NCBI GenBank assembly: GCA_002238425.1
Contig: MPMJ01000004.1
Location: forward strand, 37,454 to 101,453
Direction: 5' to 3'
Origin: SAR202 cluster bacterium bin16
Lineage (GTDB): Bacteria > Chloroflexota > Dehalococcoidia > Lucifugimonadales > Australimonadaceae
DNA: 64,000 nt
A program made the translations under genes and the position numbers. Shown here one piece after another: positions 50,077 through 59,784 of this stretch. The notes under the pieces were generated by a model, which saw only the letters and a list, made by a program, of their open reading frames with translations, made no database searches and was not told the origin of the DNA. The stretch's first letter is position 1. Every line of letters begins with the position of its first letter.

Positions 50077-51153
50077 CCGACCCGCCCCGGCCGGCGCGCG
50101 TGGCCTGCGCGATTGCGGCCTGTCCGTGAGTGAATCGTTGCCGTGCAACCCCCCGAATGTGAAGCGGCTGAGCCCGCTCACAGAGACTGCACCCTACGGC
50201 AACCAGAAAGTCATCATAACGTTATAAATATCCCTTTTAAAGTCACCCTATTTCCATCTCAAAGGGCGTATATTTGGAGTGTGTCGGCCGCACACAGGCG
50301 GTTCTGCATGGGCGGCCGTGGCGAGATGGTGAGTGAGCGTTACTTGTACGCCCGCTGGCCGGCGAAGTACCTGCCGCGGGGAATCGAGGCTTCGTGGGGG
50401 GAGTGCAGGGACTGGGCTCTCCCCACGGGGGACCTCCTGGGCATGAGGTGAAACTGCCCACCTCGTGAACTGTCCCGTTCGGCCGCACGGGTGCTCACGC
50501 AGTGGCCGCGGTGGCTTCGTTTGGAACCGGTCAGGGGGTTGAATTGCTGGACGTGTTGCTCACAGCGATGGCGGGTATCGTGATAGGGGCTGTGCTGCTT
50601 ATCGGCGGCCTCGTTATACATGCGCGGCGTCAACGGCATTGAAGCCGTTGCTCGGAGCAGCCGGCTCTTGCCCGATCCGCAGTCCCGGGTGGATGGGAAC
50701 CGTTAGGCCGCCCCAAGCGGCCGCTGCCCCGTCGCTCATCGGTCCTGAAACCTCCTTACGCATCGTTCGCTCTGCGACCGGAGCGCAGCCCCGGCTCAAC
50801 CCTTCGCATTCGACGCACTACAAGCACGTAGTCCCCGGCGACCGGAAGCACGGCCCACCGCGCCGGTGACTGTTGCCAGTGCCGGCGTCTCCATGTGGTT
50901 CACTGGTCCTCTCCGGACGCATCCCTGGCCAGGGCCTGCCCGTTGCAATCCGGCGCCGTTCACGCGTACAGGAGGTTGCGTCACTGCGGCAGGCATATCG
51001 ATCCGTGCTGGACGAGCGATGGCTATGGCGATGACATAGGGGTGACTTCACGAGCGTGATTAGATTACGATATGGTGACGCTATGGAATGAGGCGGTCGC
51101 TCCCGCCCGTGCCGGCCGGCACCAACGCGGAGCAACGCAAGGGAGGAGAGCGA

Positions 51154-53526
51154 GTGACACAGCAGGACGAACAAGCCCGGGAGATAGAAGCGCTGCGGGA
51201 CCGCCTCTCCAAGCTGAGCGAGGCGAGCCTCCGCATAAATGAGAACCTGGACCTCGACACGGTGTTGGGGGGAGTTCTGGACAGCGCCCGGTCACTGACG
51301 GGGGCCCGCTATGCGGTCATCACCACCTTTGACGATTCCGGGCGGCTGGAGGATCGCGTAGCGGCAGGAATGACTGCTGAAGAGGCTGCGCAGCTGTGGG
51401 AGATGCCCTACGGCGAGAGGTTCCACGATTACCTCAATGCCATGGCAACGCCTCTGCGTGTCGCAGACCTCACCAGTTTCCTCGAAGCGATGGGATTGCC
51501 GGAGTTCCACCCGCCCGTAACGATCAGCGCCTGCATGGCCGCTCCCCTCCTCCACCGGGGCGTCGCTGTGGGCCATGTCTACGTGGGGAAGCGAGACCCC
51601 GGCGATGAATTCAGTCGCCAGGATGAGGAGACGCTGGTCTTGTTCGCTTCGCTGGTGGCGCTGGTGATCGCCAACGCCCGCAGGCACCGGGAAGAGCAGC
51701 GGGCCAGGACCAACGTGGAGACGTTGATAGACACCTCTCCGGTCGCCGTAGTGGTCTTTGACGTGGCAACGGGAGCCCTGAAGTCGTTCAACCAGGAAGC
51801 CCGCAGGATGTTCAACTACCTTCGGAACACTGAACAGACGCCGGAGCAACTGCTGGAGACGCTTCTGTTCAAGCGTGCGGACGGGCGCGAGATCTTCCTG
51901 CGCGATTTCTCGATGGGCGAGCTCCTGAGCATCGGAGAGACGGTGCGCGCAGAGGAGATCGTCCTGGAGGTCCCTGACGGAAGGCACGTAACGGGCCTGC
52001 TCAACGCAACACCCATCCACGCCGACGATGGTACGGTCGAGTCGATGGTCGTCACCCTTCAGGACATGGCTGAAGTCGAGGAGATGGAACGGCTGCGCGC
52101 GGAGTTCCTGGGCATGGTCAGCCACGAACTGCGGACACCGCTGACCTCTATCAGGGGAGCGGCGACGACCATGCTGGACACTTCATCGGAATTCGATCCC
52201 ACTGAGGTGCGCCAGCTCATGCGGATCATCGTCGATCAAGCCGACAGCATGCGCGAGCTTATCGGTGGTCTGCTCGACGTAGCGCGCATCGAGACAGGCT
52301 CCCTGTCGGTCAGCCCCGAACCGGTTGACGTGGCCGGGCTGGTGGACCGGGCCAGAACCACTTTCCTGAGCGGGGGCGGCAGGAATCTCCTTGAGATCGA
52401 CCTCGGAGCGGACCTGCCCATCGTCATGGCGGACAGACGCCGCATCGTCCAGGTGATCGGCAACCTGCTCTCCAACGCCTCGAGGCGCTCCCCGGAATCG
52501 TCGGTGATCAGGTTGAATGCCGCGAGGGAGGGGGTATACGTAGCGGTATCCGTGGTGGACGAAGGGAGCGGCATCACGGCTGAGCGGCTGCCTTACCTGT
52601 TCCGCAAGTTCTCAAGGAACGAGGCTGAGGACCAGGGAGGAGACACCGGCCTTGGTCTCGCCATATGCAAGGGGATAGTTGAAGCCCACGGTGGGCGTAT
52701 ATGGGCGGAGAGCGACGGACCGGGACTCGGCGCTCGGTTCACCTTTACCCTCCCAGTGGCCGAAGAGACTGCCAACCAGCTCCACCGGTTCCCCGTATCC
52801 TCACGGTCGAAGAGGGGTGTAAGTGAGCCCATCCTCGTCGTGGACGCCGACCCGCAGGCGTTGACGTACGTGCGGAACGCTCTCACGGATGCCGGCTACA
52901 GCGCGATAGTGTCCCCCGATCCCGAGGAGACTCTGGGCCTGGTGAAGGAGAGTGGGGCCCGCCTCGTCCTTCTTGACCTCATGCTGCCGGGCTACGACGG
53001 GATCGAGTTGATGAAGGACATCCTCAGTACGGCCAACATCCCCGTCATCTTCCTATCCGCCTACGGCAAGGACCACGTTATCGCTCAGGCCTTTGAGGCC
53101 GGAGCGACCGACTACATCGTCAAACCCTTCTCCCCGACCGAGCTCGCCGCGAGGGTCAGGGCGGCCCTTCGAAGGCAGAGTGGACGCTACCTGGACGAAC
53201 CGTCGGAACCCTACGTGACGGGCGATCTGACCATCGACTACTCCGAGCGCCTCGTGACCCTGGCAGGCCGTCCTGTACGACTGACCGCCACGGAGTACAG
53301 CCTGCTCTTCCAGCTCTCAGTCAACGCAGGGCGGGTGCTAACGCACGACCAGTTGCTGCGAAGGGCCTGGCGTTCCGAAAAGCCCGGCGACATGCAAGCC
53401 CTCCGCGCTCACGTGAGGAGGCTCCGCCAGAAACTGGGAGAGGACGGAAGCTCCCCCACCTACATCTTCGCGGAGCCTCGGGTCGGCTATCGTATGCCCA
53501 AGGCGGAGAACCAGGGCCGGGAGTAG
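51154..53526 (+). CDS. Soluble GAF/PAS sensor histidine kinase fused to a complete OmpR-type response regulator (receiver + winged-helix DNA-binding domain)
   Basis: GTG at 51154 with gggaggag 5 nt upstream (alternative ATG at 51088). The order is GAF-like region, PAS-like region, HisKA (FLGMVSHELRTPLTSI), HATPase (GLGLAICKGIVEAHGGRIWAES), REC (ILVVDAD...LLDLMLPGYDG...KPF) and wHTH (LTATEYSLLFQL...GYRM). No TM segment. Confidence 0.85.
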   Translation: MTQQDEQAREIEALRDRLSKLSEASLRINENLDLDTVLGGVLDSARSLTGARYAVITTFDDSGRLEDRVAAGMTAEEAAQLWEMPYGERFHDYLNAMATPLRVADLTSFLEAMGLPEFHPPVTISACMAAPLLHRGVAVGHVYVGKRDPGDEFSRQDEETLVLFASLVALVIANARRHREEQRARTNVETLIDTSPVAVVVFDVATGALKSFNQEARRMFNYLRNTEQTPEQLLETLLFKRADGREIFLRDFSMGELLSIGETVRAEEIVLEVPDGRHVTGLLNATPIHADDGTVESMVVTLQDMAEVEEMERLRAEFLGMVSHELRTPLTSIRGAATTMLDTSSEFDPTEVRQLMRIIVDQADSMRELIGGLLDVARIETGSLSVSPEPVDVAGLVDRARTTFLSGGGRNLLEIDLGADLPIVMADRRRIVQVIGNLLSNASRRSPESSVIRLNAAREGVYVAVSVVDEGSGITAERLPYLFRKFSRNEAEDQGGDTGLGLAICKGIVEAHGGRIWAESDGPGLGARFTFTLPVAEETANQLHRFPVSSRSKRGVSEPILVVDADPQALTYVRNALTDAGYSAIVSPDPEETLGLVKESGARLVLLDLMLPGYDGIELMKDILSTANIPVIFLSAYGKDHVIAQAFEAGATDYIVKPFSPTELAARVRAALRRQSGRYLDEPSEPYVTGDLTIDYSERLVTLAGRPVRLTATEYSLLFQLSVNAGRVLTHDQLLRRAWRSEKPGDMQALRAHVRRLRQKLGEDGSSPTYIFAEPRVGYRMPKAENQGRE

Positions 53527-53583
53527 GGGCGAGCAGGCCTCGCCCGGAGCACATCGACTCGTCGTGAGGCAGGACGATGCCTG

Positions 53584-54990
53584 CTAGTTCGACGGGAGGC
53601 GAATAGTCACGGTTGCGCCCCGACCGGGCCCGTCGCTCGCCACGGCGACAGTGCCTCCATGCGCTTCGACTATGGTCCGGGTGATGGCTAACCCGAGGCC
53701 GGTGCCGCCTATCCCGCGGCTGCGCGACTGGTCGGTACGGTAGAAGCGTTCGAACAGGTTTGGAACGTCCGCGGCATCGATGCCGATTCCGTCGTCGGCG
53801 ATCGAGACGGCCAGTGCGTCGCCGCTTTCCAACCACGTCCTGATCACGATGCTCCCTCCGGCGTCGGTGCAACGGATGGCGTTGCTCAGCACGTTCCCCA
53901 GTGCCTGGCTCATCCGCATCCGGTCGAAGCGCATCTCCGGCAGGTCGCCGGACACTTCCAGCGAGAGCGAGACCTGCCGGGCCTCGGCCTGCGGTTGCCA
54001 GCGCTCCGCCTCCGCGGCGAGCAGTTCGCGGACCGAACCTGCCTCCAGCGTGAGCCGCAACTCCCCGTGGTCCGTCTCCGCCAGCCAGTTCAGGTCCGTT
54101 ACCAGCCCGCGCAGCCGCTCCACTTCCTGGATGATGTGGCCGGAGGCGCTCTCGGCGGTCTGGAGTCCGTCGCGCAACCCCGCTGCCTCCAGCTGGATCA
54201 CGCTCAGCGGCGTATTCAGCTCGTGGGAGACGTCGTTTATCAGCCGCCTGCGGAGCTCGCGCTGGGTCTCCAGGGATGAGGTCATCCGGTTGAAGGCCAC
54301 GCTCATCTTTCCCAACTCATCCGAGGACGTGACCGGCAGCCGGGCCGTATCCCCCTGGGCTATCGCCTCGGTCGCCTCAGTCAGTGCCGTCACAGGAGCC
54401 GTGACCCGCTTCGACAACCACGCGGCCAGCAGTATGGCGACGCCCACCGTCACCGCCCCGCCGGCCAGGACGATGTACAGGAGCGTGCTGAGGAACCCGT
54501 GCGACTCGGTCGACAGGAACGCTCGATTGACGTCCACGTAGACGTGCCCCACAGGCCGGTTCGCCGCGAGATCGAACACCGTCTCACGGCGGCCCGCCAG
54601 GTCGGACGCGGCGGCGCCGCGCGCCAGAACAGACAGGTTGTCTCGCACCACGCGTCCGTTTACGTCGGTTACGACGATTCGCACCTGGTCATTGTGGAAG
54701 AGCTCCGACGATTCGCCCTCGCTTCCTTCATGCTCCCCGCTCTCCCGGACTCCCTCATAGGCGTATCCGGCCTCGGACAGTGCGGTGTCCACGGTTCCCC
54801 AGCCGGCGGCGGCGGTGTACTCCCGGCTCAGGTCACGCGCCAGTTGGACTGCCTCGTCGTTGCCTATCCGGTCCACGAACACGTCCAGCCGGGACTGCGT
54901 CGCGTAGTAACCCACGCCGACGCTGATCAACACAGTGAGGACGACGATAAAGACGGTCGCGCCCATGATGCGCCAGCGCAGTGACATCAC
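53584..54990 (-). CDS. Membrane sensor histidine kinase (2 TM, HAMP, HisKA, HATPase)
   Basis: TM helices (ATVFIVVLTVLISVGVGYY; LSTLLYIVLAGGAVTVGVAILLAAWL), H-box NDVSHELNTPLSV and G-boxes GTGLGLAITRTIVEAHGG. Its start overlaps the upstream RR stop. Confidence 0.9.
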   Translation of the reverse strand: MMSLRWRIMGATVFIVVLTVLISVGVGYYATQSRLDVFVDRIGNDEAVQLARDLSREYTAAAGWGTVDTALSEAGYAYEGVRESGEHEGSEGESSELFHNDQVRIVVTDVNGRVVRDNLSVLARGAAASDLAGRRETVFDLAANRPVGHVYVDVNRAFLSTESHGFLSTLLYIVLAGGAVTVGVAILLAAWLSKRVTAPVTALTEATEAIAQGDTARLPVTSSDELGKMSVAFNRMTSSLETQRELRRRLINDVSHELNTPLSVIQLEAAGLRDGLQTAESASGHIIQEVERLRGLVTDLNWLAETDHGELRLTLEAGSVRELLAAEAERWQPQAEARQVSLSLEVSGDLPEMRFDRMRMSQALGNVLSNAIRCTDAGGSIVIRTWLESGDALAVSIADDGIGIDAADVPNLFERFYRTDQSRSRGIGGTGLGLAITRTIVEAHGGTVAVASDGPGRGATVTIRLPSN

Positions 54991-55664
54991 ACGTCCTCCG
55001 TCACGAACCTGTAGCCGCCGCCGTAGACGGTCTGGATCGGCTGTCTGCCGTCGCGGTTGATCTGTTTTCGGAGGCGGGCCACCTGGCTGTCGATGGCGCG
55101 GTCGAACCCTTCGAACTCCTCGTTGAAGGCCAACGAGATCAGCTGATCGCGCGTGAGCAGTTGGTTGGGGTGGCGCATGAACGTCGACAGCAGGGCGGTC
55201 TGCCCCTGGCTCAGCGTGACGGGCTCTTCATCGACGGTCACAACTCCGGTGGTCTCGTTCAGGGTGATGTTGCCGCGCGTCAGCACCTGCTGGACCTTGC
55301 CTTTGACGCGGCGGAGCACCGCCTCTGCGCGTGCGATGACCTCATCCGGGTCGAAGGGCTTGACGATGTAATCGTCGGCGCCGCTGTCCAGTCCGGTGAT
55401 GCGTTCGACGGGGGCCTCCCTGGCCGTCAGCATGATGATCGGAACGTCCGACTCCCGGCGCAGTATCCTGCACAGTTCCACCCCGTCGAGACGGGGAAGC
55501 ATGAGGTCGAGGATGATCAGGTCCGGGGCGAGGTCGCGGGCCAGGGCAAGGCCGGATTCACCGTCGTGAGTAACCTCGGCGGAGAACCCGGCTCGCTCGA
55601 AGTACACCCTGACCCAGTTTGCGATCCTTGTATCGTCTTCGACGATCAGTACGGTGCCGCTCAT
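54987..55664 (-). CDS. OmpR-family response regulator
   Basis: MSGTVLIVEDD...DLIILDLMLPRLDG...KPF plus the C-terminal wHTH LSQGQTALLSTF..GGGYRF. The ORF opens at 55685 and I prefer the ATG at 55664. Confidence 0.9.
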   Translation of the reverse strand: MSGTVLIVEDDTRIANWVRVYFERAGFSAEVTHDGESGLALARDLAPDLIILDLMLPRLDGVELCRILRRESDVPIIMLTAREAPVERITGLDSGADDYIVKPFDPDEVIARAEAVLRRVKGKVQQVLTRGNITLNETTGVVTVDEEPVTLSQGQTALLSTFMRHPNQLLTRDQLISLAFNEEFEGFDRAIDSQVARLRKQINRDGRQPIQTVYGGGYRFVTEDV

Positions 55665-55768
55665 CGCTGGTCCTTTCGGAGTCACGTTGGACGCGGCGCC
55701 TGAAGAGGCGCCGCGTCCGTCTGCGGGGGTGCCTCCGTGGCCGGATTATATCCGGCCACGGACCGGCT

Positions 55769-57316
55769 TTAGCCGCTGCCCCGCTCGCCGCCGGAGCCGT
55801 GCTCGCCACCGCTCCCTTCGCGTCCGCCGGAGCCGTGCTCGCCGCCGCTGCCTTCACCGCCGGATTCACTGCCTTCACCGCCGCCACCGGAACCGTGCTC
55901 GCCACCGGCCTCGCCGCCACCAGCCTCGCCGCCGCCGACCTCGGCATGCGCCACCCATCCGGTGAACGATGCCTGCGTCGAGGGCAGGAGGACCATCGCT
56001 GTCTGGCCTGGGGCCAGGTCTGCGGGCGTTGTCGGCCCGAGCTCGGTGCCGTTGGAGAGGTGCACCTCGATCCTGACCCTGGTGAGGGTGCTGTTGGTCG
56101 TGTTCTCGACCGTGCCGATGAAGGCGTTGCTTGCGGCGTCGTAGTTCAGGATCAGCCGCGCGCCGCTGCGGACCATGTCGAAGGTCTGGTCGGGCGCCAG
56201 CATGGCCGCGCTGCCTTCCTCGCTGCCGGATGCGCCGGACTCGCCGCTGCCTTCGCTGCCGGAGCCTTCGCTCCCGCCTTCGCCGCCGGGACCGTGCCCT
56301 TCGCCTCCGGCTCCTTCGCCGCCGCTGCCCTCAGCGCCTTCTCCGCCGGTGTGCGGCAGGGGGCCGGGGCCGGCGCAGTCGAACACTTCCATGTGGACGA
56401 CGTACCCGTCGAAGGAGACTCCCGCGAGGCCCGGTTCGCTGGCAACTGACACGCTGGACACTGCCTGCTGCCCCGGAGCCAGATCCCCCAGCACGTCGGG
56501 GCCGAGCTCGCCCACCGTCTGCGTCCCCGACTTCAGGTGCGGTTCCGCCTGCACGTAGCAGAGCGTCTGCGACAACGTGTTCCGCACCGTCGCCTGGACG
56601 GATTGCGTTGCCGCGTCGTACCGCGCGGAGATCGCGAGCCCGCCGAGAACGCCGCTCCAGGTCTGGTCGAGGGGCGTGATGGGGCTGGACATGAGGGCTT
56701 CCATCGCGGCCTCATTGCCGCTCTCGGGGCCTTCGGGACCGTCGGTGCCGCTTTCGCCACCCTCACCTCCGGCCTCGCCGGACTGGCCTCCCTCGCCGCC
56801 GCCGACTTCTGCGTGCGCTATCCACCCGGTGAACGACGCCTGAGTCGAGGGCAGAGCGACCGCCATGACCTCGCCGGGAGCCAGGTCTATCGGCGTAGTC
56901 GGCCCGAGCTCGGTGCCGTTCGAGAGGTGGACCTCGATCCTGACCCTCGTCAGGGTGCTGTTGGTCGTGTTCTCGACGGTGCCGACGAAGGCGTTGCTCG
57001 CGGAGTCGAAATTCATGACCAGCCGCGCGCCGCCGCGGACCGCGTCGAAGGTCTGGTCGGGCGCGAGGGTGGCCGCGCTGGCCTCTTCGCCGCCGGATGC
57101 ACCGGACTCGCTGCCTTCACTGCCTTCACCGCCGGAGCCTTCGCCACCGGAGCCGTGCTCGCCGCCGGAGCCCTCGCTCGCCTGGGCGCGTTCGCCGTTC
57201 TCGGGGCCTTCCGACCCCCGCTCGCCCGTGCAACCGGTGAGCATCAAAGCCAGGAGCATGACCCCCAGCGCCATCCAGGACAGGAACCTCTTCGTCACTG
57301 ACTTCATGCGGATCAT
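55769..57316 (-). CDS. Lipoprotein with three beta-rich modules (A-B-A') separated by Gly/Glu/Ser/His low-complexity linkers
   Basis: ATG at 57316 with ggaggtg upstream. The signal peptide ends with the lipobox LTGC. Modules TVENTTNSTLTRVRIEVHLSNGTELGPTTP occur twice (about 85% identical at DNA level), and linkers are of type EGSGGEHGSGGE. It is the first gene of an operon with the RR and HK. Confidence 0.75.
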   Translation of the reverse strand: MIRMKSVTKRFLSWMALGVMLLALMLTGCTGERGSEGPENGERAQASEGSGGEHGSGGEGSGGEGSEGSESGASGGEEASAATLAPDQTFDAVRGGARLVMNFDSASNAFVGTVENTTNSTLTRVRIEVHLSNGTELGPTTPIDLAPGEVMAVALPSTQASFTGWIAHAEVGGGEGGQSGEAGGEGGESGTDGPEGPESGNEAAMEALMSSPITPLDQTWSGVLGGLAISARYDAATQSVQATVRNTLSQTLCYVQAEPHLKSGTQTVGELGPDVLGDLAPGQQAVSSVSVASEPGLAGVSFDGYVVHMEVFDCAGPGPLPHTGGEGAEGSGGEGAGGEGHGPGGEGGSEGSGSEGSGESGASGSEEGSAAMLAPDQTFDMVRSGARLILNYDAASNAFIGTVENTTNSTLTRVRIEVHLSNGTELGPTTPADLAPGQTAMVLLPSTQASFTGWVAHAEVGGGEAGGGEAGGEHGSGGGGEGSESGGEGSGGEHGSGGREGSGGEHGSGGERGSG

Positions 57317-57488
57317 CGCTTCACCTCCTATGTGAGAGATCCGTGACAACCCTCACGATAGGAGTGAAATGTGACAGGAATATGTCGCCGGGCAGCAGTT
57401 TTTCCGCCCTCAGGCCCATCTGGACCAGGGGCTTGCGGTGCCATGAATGGAAACTGGACCGGGGCGCCTCCGCCGTCACTCAGGAGGC

Positions 57489-57514
57489 GGGATTCCTGCC
57501 TGCGCAGGAACGAC
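57489..57514. repeat. Family D hairpin repeat
   Basis: ggattcctgc-ctgc-gcaggaacgacg. Confidence 0.75.
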
Positions 57515-57628
57515 GAAACCGGCTGCCGCCCTCGATTCACCCGCATGGGCCGCACCCGGCGCGGGCATGGTCGGATAGCTCCGCCGTGCCGAAGCACTCC
57601 CGGATGCTCTTCCGGGCTTCGGCCCTGC

Positions 57629-58606
57629 CTAGCTGTCCAGCGCCCCAGCGGCGATGAACCCTGCGAGCGGCTGCTTCTGCGGAGTCATGCCGTGCTCGAC
57701 GGCGAAGGTCTGCACCAGGTCGATGGCCGCCGCGTTGGCGGCGAGGCCGTAGGCGTAGGGGTTGTCGCCGAACGTCTCGCGCTGGCGCTCCATCATCTCC
57801 CGCGCGAAGACGAGTGCTGACGGCGGCTCTTTCATCGCGCGCTCCATCGTCAGCCGTTGCGCCTCGATGAATGCGTCGAGGAGGCTCTTCGCCGCCCACG
57901 GATGTGCGTCGAGCATGCTCTTGCGGACGATGGTCGCGTGATGAGCGGGGAGGACTCCCGTCTTCGTGTAATAACGCTCCGACTCCGCGACGCCGTCCGC
58001 GAACAGCGGAACGAAGTGTGAGCGGTCGGCCAGCGGGCCGCTCGCAGGCGGATGGACCGAATACATCGCATCGAGCGCGCCGTCGGCCATCATCTGTTCG
58101 AGGTCGTTGGGCGGCGGGTTGATCACGACCCCCTCCGGCGGATGGAAGGGCTGTGTCTGGCCCGGGATGGTGGGGTCGGGCCTGCCCTGGAACCACTCGA
58201 CTGCGCTCGGGGCGACGCCGAACTCGTGCTCCAGGATGCCCCGCGTCCAGAGCGCTGCCGTCATCTGGTAATCGACAACGCCAACGCGCTTGCCGATCAT
58301 GTCCTCGGGGTGGTCCTGCCGGATGCCGGAGCCGAGGCGGATCATCGTATTCACGTAGGAGAACGTGCGGTTGTGGAAAACGGGCAGGACGCGGTAGTCC
58401 CAGCCCAGTGGGATGGCCTGCAGCGTGAACGACATCGACATCTCCGAGATGTCGAACTCGTTGCCTTGGAGCTGGCGGCGCCAGATGTCCTGGAGCGGTA
58501 TGTCATGGTGCTCCAGCGTTATGCCCTCAGGCTTCACCTCGCCGGTCAGCAGGGGACCGATGCGGTCCCAGGGGGTCATCGCCATCGTCAGTTTCAGGTC
58601 GGGCAT
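57629..58606 (-). CDS. 4,5-dihydroxyphthalate-decarboxylase-like (PhtD / NMT1-type periplasmic-binding-fold) protein
   Basis: Trimmed to ATG 58604-58606 (gagg RBS). MPDLKLTMAMTPWDRIGPLLTGEVKPEGITLEHHDIPLQDIWRRQLQGNEFDISEMSMSF resembles the N-terminus of the PhtD family. Confidence 0.7.
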   Translation of the reverse strand: MPDLKLTMAMTPWDRIGPLLTGEVKPEGITLEHHDIPLQDIWRRQLQGNEFDISEMSMSFTLQAIPLGWDYRVLPVFHNRTFSYVNTMIRLGSGIRQDHPEDMIGKRVGVVDYQMTAALWTRGILEHEFGVAPSAVEWFQGRPDPTIPGQTQPFHPPEGVVINPPPNDLEQMMADGALDAMYSVHPPASGPLADRSHFVPLFADGVAESERYYTKTGVLPAHHATIVRKSMLDAHPWAAKSLLDAFIEAQRLTMERAMKEPPSALVFAREMMERQRETFGDNPYAYGLAANAAAIDLVQTFAVEHGMTPQKQPLAGFIAAGALDS

Positions 58607-58611
58607 GGTTG

Positions 58612-59190
58612 CTACCTCGTGGGCCACGGTTTCCAGTTCAGGTCCAATCGCCGCCGCCCGCCGGACATCTCAAGAGCGCGGTCGTCTTCGAGGTGCTCAC
58701 CGGACGAGCTGTACCCGCCGCCAGGCCTTTCGAACACTGTCTCCAACCGGTTGCGTCCCCACCATCCCCAAGGGCGGACAACTGTCTCCCGGAACCCGCC
58801 CGCCGTCAGGATGTCGACCCGCTCCGTCAGCCGCTCGATCTCCCTCTCAGCGTCCTCGGCGCAGGCGTCGCAGCCGCAGATGGGGAACAGCTCGGCGGAC
58901 CATCGTCCGAATCTGACGCTCAGCCCGGGGAAGTCCGTGAAGGCCACCGTCAGGGGAGCAGCTTCCGGGTCGGTGGGCCTGAGCGCGATGCTGGGCCGCC
59001 GCAGTCCGCGAAACGCAAGTTCCTCGTCCAGCTTGTAGCCTTCGACGCGTTCGACGTCGAACCGCTGCTCCAGTGCCGTAAGCATCTCCAGGGCGTCGTT
59101 ATGCAACGGCAGAAAGCGTTCAGGGTCGGTTACCCGACTGTAGGCTTCCTCGGGCGGCCCATCGGGTCCCCACACATCATACGAAGGCAT
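58612..59190 (-). CDS. Hypothetical protein (DUF6226-like)
   Basis: Trimmed to ATG 59188-59190 (MPSYDVWGPDGPPEEAYSRVTDPERF...FPICGCDACAEDAEREIE). The longer 323-aa version has an implausible N-terminus. Confidence 0.5.
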   Translation of the reverse strand: MPSYDVWGPDGPPEEAYSRVTDPERFLPLHNDALEMLTALEQRFDVERVEGYKLDEELAFRGLRRPSIALRPTDPEAAPLTVAFTDFPGLSVRFGRWSAELFPICGCDACAEDAEREIERLTERVDILTAGGFRETVVRPWGWWGRNRLETVFERPGGGYSSSGEHLEDDRALEMSGGRRRLDLNWKPWPTR

Positions 59191-59368
59191 ACCGGTCTCA
59201 TCCCATCCTTGGATTCCGCTACCGTAGCACATGCCGTGCCAGCCAACCGGACTGATGCTCCAACCCCACGTCCCGCTTGATGGCCTGCTATACTCCCCTG
59301 CGGTGCGCGGCAGGCGCTGCCGCCCCATCGAAAATGCAACGCGATCCCATGCGGAATAGAGGTGAAAC

Positions 59369-59758
59369 ATGGCGAGGAAGGTGATCCACATCCCCGGCAA
59401 CTGGCACGCCGGCCAGCCCATCCCCCCGGCCACCAAAACGGGGCCCATCGTCACGTCCGGCGGCGTCAGCGGACTCAACCCTGACACCAACGAGATGCCG
59501 ACCGACCTGGCGGAGCAGGCCCAGTGGGCGTTCGAGCACGTGCGCCGCATCGTGACCGAGGCCGGCGGCACCACGGACGACATCGCTCACATGAACGTCT
59601 ACGTGAAGAGCCGTGACATCCGGCCGCTCGTGAACGAGCAGTGGGTCGCCATGTTCCCGGACGAGGAGAACCGCCCGACGCGTCACACCATCCAGTACGA
59701 CGCGCTCGCTGGCGGCATGGAGATGCAGATCCAGTTCATCGCCTACGTCGGCGGATAG
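59369..59758 (+). CDS. RidA/YjgF-family reactive-intermediate deaminase-like protein
   Basis: 129 aa with the family pattern ..GLNPDTNEMPTDLAEQAQWAFEHVRRIVTEAGGTTDDIAHMNVYV. Confidence 0.8.
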   Translation: MARKVIHIPGNWHAGQPIPPATKTGPIVTSGGVSGLNPDTNEMPTDLAEQAQWAFEHVRRIVTEAGGTTDDIAHMNVYVKSRDIRPLVNEQWVAMFPDEENRPTRHTIQYDALAGGMEMQIQFIAYVGG

Positions 59759-59784
59759 TTCCCGTCGACAGGGGAGAGGAAGCG

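Noticed and set aside
55619-56449. Plus-strand ORFs opposite the lipoprotein gene (55619..56449, 56131..56679 and 56537..57301).
   Set aside because: These are antisense shadows of the Gly/Glu/Ser-rich lipoprotein gene. Their composition is Ala/Arg/Pro low complexity and they have no start-site signals.
58612-59583. Full 323-aa version of the minus-strand ORF.
   Set aside because: The N-terminal 130 residues or so are Trp/Cys/Gly-rich and overlap the RidA gene region antisense. The conserved-looking part starts at MPSYDVWGPDG (59190).
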